A stretch of 64,000 bases of DNA from Macrostomum lignano. Taxonomy: Eukaryota. This document shows positions 49,901 to 60,200 of the stretch, in pieces (position 1 is the stretch's first letter; every line of letters begins with the position of its first letter). Location: the NCBI GenBank assembly GCA_002269645.1, contig NIVC01000958.1, positions 186,001 through 250,000 of the forward strand. Reading direction: 5' to 3'. Both the position numbers and the translations under genes were made by a program. A model generated the notes under the pieces. That model had not been told where the DNA came from. It was given only the letters and a program-made list of their open reading frames with translations, and searched no databases.

Positions 49901-52795
49901 ACCCAGGTGATTGACTAGAGAACCCAGGTGATATACTAGAGAACCTAGGTGATTGACTAAAGAAGCCAGGTGATTGACTAGAGAACCCAGGTGATTGACT
50001 AGAGAACCCAGGTGATATACTAGAGAACCTAGGTGATTGACTAAAGAACCCAGGTGGTTGACTAGAGAACCCAGGTGATTGACTAGAGAACCCAGGTGAT
50101 TGACTAGAGAACCCAGGTGATATACTAGAGAACCTAGGTGATTGACTAGAGAAGCCAGGTGATTGACTAGAGAAGCCAGGTGATATACTAGAGAACCTAG
50201 GTGATTGACTAGAGAAGCCAGGTGATTGACTAGAGAACCCAGGTGATATACTAGAGAACCTAGGTGATTGACTAGAGAAGCCAGGTGATTGACTAGAGAA
50301 CCCAGGTGATATACTAGAGAACCTAGGTGATTGACTAGAGAACCCAGGTGATATACTAGAGAACCTAGGTGATTGACTAGAGAACCCAGGTGATTGACTA
50401 GAGAACCCAGGTGATTGACTAGAGAACCCAGGTGATATACTAGAGAACCTAGGTGATTGACTAGAGAACCCAGGTGATTGACTAGAGAAGCCAGGTGATT
50501 GACTAGAGAAGCCAGGTGATTGACTAGAGAAGCCAGGTGATTGACTAGAGAACCCAGGTGGTTGACTAGAGAACCCAGGTGATTGACTAGAGAACCCAGG
50601 TGATTGACTAGAGAACCCAGGTGATTGACTAGAGAACCCAGGTGATATACTAGAGAACCTAGGTGATTGACTAGAGAACCCAGGTGATTGACTAGAGAAC
50701 CCAGGTGATTGACTAGAGAACCCAGGTGGTTGACTAGAGAACCCAGGTGATTGACTAGAGAACCCAGGTGATTGACTAGAGAACCCAGGTGATATACTAG
50801 AGAACCTAGGTGATTGACTAGAGAACCCAGGTGATTGACTAGAGAACCCAGGTGATTGACTAGAGAAGCCAGGTGATTGACTAGAGAAGCCAGGTGATTG
50901 ACTAGAGAACCCAAGTGGTTGACTAGAGAACCCAGGTGATTGACTAGAGAACCCAGGTGATATACTAGAGAACCTAGGTGATTGACTAGAGAAGCCAGGT
51001 GATTGACTAGAGAAGCCAGGTGATTGACTAGAGAAGCCAGGTGATTGACTAGAGAAGCCAGGTGATTGACTAGAGAAGCCAGGTGATTGACTAGAGAAGC
51101 CAGGTGATTGACTAGAGAAGCCAGGTGATTTACTAGCGCCCTTCTTACCCAGCCTTATTTAACCTAATACTTTAGACTAGTCTGATTCTAGCAAGACTTG
51201 AACCGGCCAGGGAGAACTGCACTGACTTGACGGGAAAGCTGTAGCATAGGCCTGTGTCTTATTATTCTAACCTAAAGCCGTAGCTTTCAGATGCGCACTT
51301 GCGCCAGAATCGTGTATTATGGGTAAGCTGCCTGGGTTGAAACGCGATTGAAACGCTCTACATTTGTCCGCCGTCACTGTCTATGGTTGAAGCATATTTC
51401 AATTATATTAAATTCATCACTGATAGCCACTGTTTATTTCACTGCCAACAAACACAAGACCAAACACAACAGGAATGAAACACGAAGTAAACGAAATAAT
51501 TCAGTAAATAACGCTTGGAAGCTCAAAATGATATGTGGCTGGAGAGTTTATCAATAGTTACCTCAATTCGCACGTTCCTTGTCTCCAGCACGTACCGATG
51601 AATAGACGCCCTGAAGCACACCAGACTTCGGACAGCGTATGGCTTGCCTACCTGAGTCCTCAGTGACACAAACCACAGCCGCATATAGGCACAAAGATAG
51701 CGGATCGGAATTGTTTCGATGTTGTCCGGCAGTTTCTGGTCCACCAGATATTTTTTGAAGCGCTTCACATGGAGTGCGGTTTGATCCGTGATCGATTTGC
51801 GTTTGGCAGCCTCTTCGACGTCTTGCACAGCAGCTTCCTCTTCTTCCGTCAGTTCCCGCAGAAGCTCGGCATTATTCAGAATGCTTGGATTGGACAATTC
51901 TGCGTCAATCAACTCCTGCTGTCTTACGGTCACACCGGTCCACTGACTAACTTCTTCACCAGGATCACGATGTCCAAGTTGCTGCAGAAACTCAATCTCA
52001 CTCATTTCTAAACCGCTAATATCTTCCTCTAGTATTGATTCCCAGTGAAACATGGCTAATTCCGAACCTTAAAGCTGTTTAAATCTTATTTTCTCTCCCA
52101 CCCACCAAGAGAAGAATGCTTCAAACTCTATTTGGGTTTCAACCATAGACAGTCTCCGCGGACTGCGAAACCGCCACGAAGCATATAGCTAAAGCTTTTT
52201 CAACCATAGACAGTTTCTGTGGACGTGAAACCGCGTTGTGCGTCCGCGCTTCAGCCTACCCAAAACACTAATATGGACTGGCTGTTCGGACTGAAATGAA
52301 CTGAAAAGCCTCGGTGTACGCGCCTCGGCGTTTCAGTTCATTTCAGTCCTCAACAGCCAGTCTATATTAATATATTTGAGACGTGCGCTTGCGTCGTGAG
52401 CGCCAATGTAATCTATTGGTGGATTGAAAACCCCATCGCATCTGCTCCCCAGCCAGCCCCTGTAGGACAATGAGGAGAAATGTGAATCTTGAACTCGATG
52501 TCAACTTGAGCACCGGAATGGAGCCAAGCGCTCAGCTGTGGACCAAGCTGACTCATTGAACAAAATTCAAAGTTAAATCTCAATAACTGTCTTCATCCAC
52601 AGAGTGTTGAACTGACGCGGATGCAAAACAGCCACACCTGGCAGGCAAACGGCAGCATTTCACCACCATCATGCGAATCTCTGCTTAACGAATCGAATTT
52701 TCTCATCAACTGCACTGCTCAGCAGGACTTCAATGGCTCGATTATTTTTCAAACAAGCGAACAGGTCTTTCGTAACTGCACCTCGAAGGAAACAG
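46989..52795 (+). CDS. Multi-exon gene, 5' part: putative secreted or cell-surface glycoprotein with F5/8-type-C-like and Ig-like segments
   Basis: Signal peptide MKSTLWQLLSLLLSMRVTAS. Candidate exons: 46989-47076, 47153-47341 (WLVMQLRQPMMLKAVSV), 47883-48049, 48135-48201, 48269-48366, ~49000-49158, ~49245-49331 (LQVSRSMAHQNWSVRCSV), ~49480-49580 (SRLHLAV..D..VVCQIAN) and ~52600-52795 (N-glycan-rich). The first five have consistent phases. Domain calls come from motif resemblance only. Confidence 0.45.
47411..47859. repeat. 39-bp perfect tandem repeat, 11.5 copies
   Basis: Unit GAGACAGTGTGAGACCAGCTAGCATCTAATTAGCACTCT. Intronic. Confidence 0.97.
48401..48975. repeat. 15/14-bp C-rich minisatellite (CAGCCACCCCTCACC)
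   Basis: Tandem units. Produces the QPPLT / PSHPS artefact ORFs. Confidence 0.95.
49741..51136. repeat. 21-bp minisatellite (CCAGGTGATTGACTAGAGAAC), ~66 copies
   Basis: Tandem units with GAAG, GGTT and ATA/CTAGG variants. Produces the LVNHLGS ORF. Confidence 0.97.
51523..52053 (-). pseudogene. Crypton/DUF3504-family tyrosine recombinase, N-terminal core-binding fragment
   Basis: VKRFKKYL..QKLP..IETI....LCAYMRLWFVSLRTQVGKPYAVRSLVCFRASIHRYV fits the F..yL...L..F...R...G..Y...SL.....I.RY pattern of Crypton-derived proteins. No catalytic domain follows. Confidence 0.7.
52269..52369. repeat. 101-bp hairpin / putative MITE
   Basis: Arms 52269-52306 and 52331-52369 are near-perfect reverse complements around a 24-nt loop. 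Outer ends are TA. Confidence 0.75.
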
Positions 52796-52882
52796 GTAAC
52801 TTATTTTCTGACAGCAAAATATTCTGACAGCAAATATTGTACCTGGCGGCTTATATCGTAATTTTACAAGCCCGAAGACGAC

Positions 52883-53810
52883 TCACATTCTCTCAATAAT
52901 AATTGTTAGCACAAACTCTTCCCCGTTAAAAATCGACACCAACTCCATCCTCTGTCTCAAACTGCAGAACGATTTCATGTATCTCTCTATTACTCAGAAT
53001 CACTCTTTTCACGGGGTTTGGCTTTTGCACAAGCATTTGGCCACCAGCAACAGAGTTTGAAATGTTAAAAAGTATGTTGGTTCGTTTGCCCTTGAATATC
53101 CAATCATGGCTCAGATTGCTGCGAATTAATATATTCAAACCTTTGACAATGTCAGCGATATTTGGCGCCAAGTACATACCGGATATTGGCCGGGACACAG
53201 CAACAGTGCCAGGCGCCTGCGGTGGGCTTTGGTCTGTGGCGCCACCATAAACTCTCTTTTCAAATCCCAACTCGCGATACCAAGTGCCATATTTAAACTC
53301 TACCTCTGCATCCTTATGAACTTGCAAGACAACTCTCATGACAGTTAGATCATAAGTTAATCTAACAGGGAACAGTTTATTTTCTGGTTTGCTTTCATCC
53401 GGTATCTCAAAATGCTTTCGTTTAGTGAAGACGTTCTCCAAGAAGTAATTATAAGTATCCACGCTCTGTGTGCTGACAGGAAATATCACAACCTCTGTTG
53501 TAGTACGCTTCCATTTGTAATAAAACTTGTTTTTTTCCGCTGTCACATTCGGAACATTTGACCACCAAGTGAAATCATTGAGATAGACGTGGTAATTCGC
53601 CTCTAGATCCAAACGAAGTGGTTGCTCCAATTTTTGAATGAAGATTCTGTTTGACTCAGTAATGCGACCCGCTACAGTGATTGGAATGCTCTCCTTAGAG
53701 TGTGAAGCTAGATTAATTATACTCGTAGGGACATTGATATCAACGCCGGGCCAATATTTTCTCATGTACTCGCTGCATTTAAGTTTGCATTGGTACTTGG
53801 ATTTGTACAA
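52883..53810 (-). pseudogene. Polinton/Maverick (adintovirus-like) minor capsid protein (penton), 1-nt frameshift near the C-terminus
   Basis: Typical penton pattern: KLEQPLRLD..Y.V.L..F..WSNVPNVT..KNKFYY, ELGF, NIADIV..LNILI.SNL, P.PV..V...I.EI.LQFETEDG..VDF. Removing one T of the T5 run before the stop gives the expected DFNGEEFVLTIIIERM* ending at 52883. Confidence 0.85.
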
Positions 53811-54241
53811 TGGATGAGGCTGAGTATAATAGGAACCTGGAGAGACAATTGGAAAATTTTTATTAGGAATTTAATTTTTTTCAAAGGGTAAGGACCCTGC
53901 GCTGATAATTTAAAGTCTTGGGGATTTGGTTTCGTGTTGCAAATTGAATGTGGGGAGAAGAATGCAGATTCTTTTCTGATTGTTTCGAATATGCTATGGG
54001 TGGATGTCAGTGGATTATAATGGGATTATGTTCGAAGTTTTCGGAACAAGTAGGACACCTGTTATGCTCTTATTCTGTCGGGGATAATACGGATGGATTT
54101 AATGGGATTATGGAGGACGTTTTGTGAGCGAGTGCGACTCCCTCTTTTTTTCTGATTCTGTCAGGGATAATATAGATGGGTTTAATGGGATTATGGAGGA
54201 CGTGAAAAATTTTGTCCCAGAAGCCCCCTCATGCATTCTAC

Positions 54242-57200
54242 TCCGGTGAGCACTTGCTTGTCCCCTACTATCATCATAATCCCAAAACCGTCACGATCTT
54301 CCGTAGGACGACCGAGAACCCCCTCACTTAGTTGACTGACTGAGTTCAATTTCAGTCCCAACCCATAATGGAGATCGCCGACCTCAAAGGCACTGAGTCC
54401 TGCCATCCAGTTGCCAGAATCAGAAGCAGCTCGAGGCCCTCGAACATGATCCAGACCGCAGCCAGCGACCCCGCATGCGCAGCCGTCCGCCACACAGGGG
54501 CACCATGTAAAGCAAAAACTACAGACTCAGCTGACTAAGACATACTCAGCACCAGGTTGTAATGTGAGCATCTTAAGCTAGTTATGCGAATTGCTGTTAT
54601 TTGTTCTGATTATTGATTGTTTTTCATATTTTAGCTATGTTCTCAAAGTTCGTGTCAGTTTATAGTTTGTTATTGCGAAATAGATCAAGATAGTAGGCGA
54701 AATTTCAGAACCCGTTTGGCCAAGCGGAAGGGTCGTCGCGATCTACAACTCAGCGATGTACCCCGGCTTTGCGCGGAGAGCCAATCAGAAACGGCCTGGA
54801 CTCTGGGCACGTGGCATGCACATTTATTACATGGGTTTTTTGTACATTGTCGAGAAGCTGCGGAATCATTTTGTCTGTCTAGGCAACTGTATTGAAAACC
54901 AAGGCCTGGAAGAAGCTCGGGCAGCCGTCTTTATGCCATGATGAATTAACAAAGCAGTAAATGAATTCTACGAGTAAATTACTGAAATTTGCAGAAAGTA
55001 TATATGTTCAATGTCCGATATTTGCAGCGATTACAGTATTTCTACAGCAGAGTGATTGTTATGCAACAACAAGATATTTGTTCACATCTAATTACTCGTA
55101 GTTAACAACGACAGCATATAAACCAAAAGTACGATGTTTCTTGTACCTTTCGATGAGGAAAAGTGGGTCTCTGTTCTTAGAAAACTGGGTCTCTGTTGCT
55201 AGCGGGACAATTGGTTGATCATGATCAGATGACGGGCGTGACAAAATGCGAGCTCCTAGGCTTTCAATCTGTTTTAGTCTCTACGCTTTAGCAATAGTTA
55301 GGTTGCCATTGAAAGGTGATGGGTGTTGCGTCACCCTGATTACATGAGCAAGGACGACGCCAGGAAGCAGAATCAGAGGACGCACGCTTCTGTATCGTGC
55401 ATGCGCTTCCAAAGCATGCACTGTTCGCTGTACGTCGCCTAACGTTAGTGCTGTAAAAAAAGAGAACTTCTGTTTTTTCAAGAATTTCAGACTTACTATA
55501 GCTACATGCACTTTGAAAGGTTGTGAAATAAGAAATATAAATGCGTACAGCTCACTCAAATACATGTAGCTCGTAATTATTAGTCCACCGTTCAGCTCAA
55601 AGCACTCATGCAGTTGCAAGGAATAAGATTACGTGATCATGTGACATTCAGGGGCACACCGAGGGGGGCGACCTGAAAAGCGGAGACCTGAAAAATCAAA
55701 GGGAGGATTAAGCGAATTTTCGCCAAAATATAGAGCCACCCCCTCCACCCCCTTGTTTCTTTACCCTCCAGAATCCGCCCCGTCCTCAACAAATTTATGA
55801 GTGCGCCACAGGTAACACTAGTCTGTGATGTCCTTCTCGTCGTCAAAGCCAAATGATAAAAGTTTATTGATTACTTTTTTTAGTTTGGTTCAACAACCGA
55901 GAGCTTAAGTACAGTACGTAGTGCAAAAACAACAATAGCTTTTGTCGCTCTCATTTTGTACTTTAGGTGGACATCATTAACTAGAACTTTGGGGTATGCT
56001 TAACCCCGATTTCACATTCCATAGATTAAAATTTACATAACACAGATTTCATGTTCGCCAGATTTTACATTCCCCAGATTTCATATTCTCCAAATTTCGC
56101 ATTCCTCGCATTTCTCATTCACCAGATTTCACATACCTCCCATTTCACGTTCACCACATTTCACATTCTCAAGATATTATCAAGGACTTTACATTAAGGA
56201 TATTTTACGTTCCCCAAATTTTGCATTCCTCAGATTTCCCCGGCGTCGAAGAAACAACAAATATTCCTTAGACGGAAGCAGCACAAGGTGCGCGTCTGGG
56301 CCAGGTGGCGAAGGAAGGCCACGTCGCCGACCGAATCCGGGGCGCCGGCGTCAGCCAGCAGGCTAGAGGACAAGGCGCAAACCCGCGATACGTGGCCTGC
56401 CTGCTTTGTGCCAGCTGGACGCCACCCTCACGCATGTACGCAAGGCGAACCCCAGAGTTATTTTTAGTAACACATCTGTGTAGAGTGCTATCTGCATGTA
56501 TTGCAATACAAGTGGTACAAGGGGATGCTCTGGTCTGTTCTGAACGCTCCTTGATTTGTAAACGCGTTGTTAACGGGTTTTTTCTGTCATCTTCTGCTTA
56601 CATGGCTGAAAGACTTTGAAACACACTGGCTTGTAAAGGCCCTATTATGACTGTGAGGCTTGCATGTCAGAATTCGCAGTACTGAATATTATTCAAGGCA
56701 GTGTTATAGTCAACAGAACGCATAGGCGCAATACAATAAAATGAATAGTTTGAGCGGGGTAAAGTTAGCGCTCACGCAGTTTCTCTATGCGCCGTCGTTG
56801 GGCAACTATCATTACCCGCCCTTTCAACGCATTTTGCTGCGAGTCCTCTGTGTCACGCAGTCGCAGGTTGCTGGCTTGGCCATCAAACCACTTGTAAATA
56901 CTTTTCCAGTGCTTCAGTGATTAAAAAAATTTAAACGAGGCTGAAAATGATATTACAAACAAGTTTTATAACGACGTACAGCGTAATTGGTTAATCTTTA
57001 ATGAATTTTGTAAATACTCTCAATTATGAAATTCTGAATAGGTAAAATTAATACAGAAACAACTGCCTTGTAATTTAAGATGTTTAAAAAACTGCGTCAC
57101 AACTTAACACAACGTCAGGGAAATGTGTTTCCGGTGTTGCGTCACTCCGTCCAAATTAGGGCATTCAGCTGCGACGTCTAAGGCGCAGATCCGACAAACC

Positions 57201-60200
57201 AGAGGTTTTTCAGAGCCGGACTGGCGGACCTCAACAACCTTTCCTTCATTTTTCGGAGTTGCTGCTATATATTGAAGGCTGTGCCGTCGTCGCATATAAA
57301 TCAGCGTTAAGGTAACTACCAATAGAATCGCACCAGAAACCACAAGTAGAACCAAAACCAGCCTCATCCTTTTAGGTTTGGGACTTCTTTGCTCTTCTTC
57401 CGCAGCCGGCTGGGCAGCCGCAAGCATCCAGCTGAGCACAGGTTGGCTCGAGTCTCCGCATCTGTTTCCGGTCGCATCTGGGAAGCTGATCAGAGCCGGA
57501 AGCTGCTCAGTGCAGTACGTGAAGCTCACCTGCCCGAGTACCTCACCATCAATGGTAAGATCGACAGCTCTGAGTGAACCACAGGAAACTGACAAGTTCG
57601 TAGTCTGGACGGTATGGTGTCTGGAATTCAAATGTAAAGAGTTGTGAAATTTGATTTAATTAGAGAGCCAATTGTTCTCATAGCAGATAAACTACTATTC
57701 TCAACTTAAGAAACTCACAGCTTATCAGCATCCTCGAACTCCATCATTTTGCAGCCAGCTTCTGCCCCGCAGTTCAGGTAGAAGACCTTCTTGGTCCTGT
57801 GCTCATAGAACAGTCCGATGCGAAGCCTCTGTGCGAGATTCAGCGGCTCCTTGATGCGGGTGCTCAGGCCGGAGCCGACGCGAGTTCGCTGGCCTGAAGC
57901 CGGTGTTCAAGGAGAGTGAAATTGTTCAAAAGTTAAGGTGTGCGGTCTACAACCCAAAGTAAACAGCGATGTTCAGTAAAGGACACTGCATGCGTTCAAT
58001 AAGCTGGCAATGAAAACCATTTCTAAGTTACTGCAGGCGAGGAATTTACATCTCTAGTGCTTTACTGCTCCTATTGTGGGTTTTGCGGCGGTTTAACATA
58101 ACGGCTTTGTCGGCCTGAAACTTGTGAATAATATTAATAAGAATAATATTATTCGATAATAATATTAATAAGAATAATATTATTCGATAATAATATGAAA
58201 ACTATCGATATAAAAGTAAGTGCAGGACAACTTTATGTTTCTGATTATGGCGCTATCTGGTATCATGGGCCATATTATTGATGCTGTGTGAAGCATGCAT
58301 ATTGCAAAAATTATGTAACTTAGGCCATAGGAGCTTGGGATATGAGATGCAACAGCAAATAAAACGACGGTTTGTAACTTGAAAACTTTATTGAAATAAG
58401 AGCGTATTTGGAAATGCAGTTTTTAATTTGCATTAATTATTATTAATTAATTTGAAAATTCGCCAATTAATTCGGCTTAAATTACCTACAGAGTGTGATT
58501 AAACCTTTTAATCACTGTCTTGATTATGATTGGCAATCTGGTGAAAAATGTTTTTTTCAGTGGCGAAAATGAGCATTTTTGAGCAATTGTTCAAATTTGA
58601 TGCATACGCTCGTACACCGCAGCACAATTATCAAGGCAAAACTTCTGGCTACAACAACAACAACAACAACAGAGTACGCTGCCAGTTCGCAAAAGCAGCG
58701 TCAGATGGCGCGCTTCGAAGCTTGGGCGCGAACAAAGGCCGCACCGCCGCACCGTCTGGCTACACACGCATTCTTTTTTACCTGCGCTGTTACGTTGTGA
58801 TTAGCTTTAAATATCGGTTTGGTATTGATATGACGGGTACAAGACATGAATTTACCAGCTTTCTTGACCAGAAATTTTTCCGTACTCTAACAGTTGGTTA
58901 AAGATTTCAAGTTTATTCAATGCAAGCTGTAAGCACGGACATTAACCGTAGGAATACCTCAGGGAATTTCTCAGGGAAAGGCTCATTCGCACTCATACTC
59001 AGGAGCCATCAAATTCAATAGCTGATGTGCAAGGGAATGAAGTATTTTACTTCATTTGATTGCAATTTAAATAAACTTTATATAGTGTCATTTATTGTGC
59101 TATTGCAGGGATGGCTTTGTTTTTATCCCTAATCCATTCCTGACATAATATATTGAGGGAAATTCACTAACACAACAGTACTCATCCCTGTTTTAAGATG
59201 TATAGTCTTTATTTACTTGTAATTCGTACATGATTTCTTCGTTCCGCTGTTTAAAAAGCCACCGGTTCACTCCAGCTTACTCTCTGTGACGAAGTTCTGC
59301 AGAGCCTCCGAGCTGCTGAAGCTGGCGAGCCTCATGGCTCCGCTGTCAGCGCTCATCGCAGCCAGCTCAGCTCAGTTGGAGTTTGCCCTCCTTACAAGTA
59401 CAACTAAAAGGCAATTCCATGGCTCTCCCATGGAAATTCAGCCAGTAATATTGTTTAGGTAGAGGATTGAATTATAGGAGTGTGAGTGTATGCGTGCGCA
59501 CAGTTGCCGCCCTTTACATCACCATTGTACGTAGCATGCGAGGAAAGAGAAGCAGAGGACGCACGCTTGATCTGTACTGTGCATGCGCTTTCAGACCAAG
59601 CATGCACTGTTCTCTGTACGCCGCCTAACGCTGTACAAAAAGGGAACTTCAGTTTTTCTGTGAACTTTAGAGTTCTTTATTTATTGTTCAAAGTTCAAAG
59701 CTCAAAGGCAAAGCAGTCAACTGCAGGGAATGATTACAAGCATGTGACATTGGGTCTGGCGGATGTCACTGTCGTCAAAGTTAAGAGACTAAAATTATCT
59801 TTATGGACTCTGTCCGGATTCACAACGGTTATCAGAATTATTTATGAATTCTTCTTTTTATTTAGTTCAACAAATGCGATCAGTGCGAGCTAAAAGTACT
59901 GCGGTGCAGAAACATCATGAGTTTCATCGCTCTCATTTGGTCTTTTTGGTGGAAAACTTTAGCTAGAACTTTAGGGTAGGTTTTACATTTTCTCGATTCT
60001 ACATTCCCCAGATTTCATATCTCCCAGATTTCACATTCCCCCAGATTTTACATTCCCTCAGATTTCACATTCCCCAGGTTTTGCTTTCCTCCATGTTTCA
60101 CGTTCCTAAGATTTCACATTCCCCAGATTTTACATTTCCCAGATTTCACAATTCCAAATTATAAATTCCCAGATTTCCTCGGCGTCGCAAGGAAACAGCA

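Noticed and set aside
49682-50914. 410-aa LVNHLGS heptad ORF resembling a coiled coil or LRR
   Set aside because: Antisense translation of an intronic 21-bp array. The array extends beyond the ORF.
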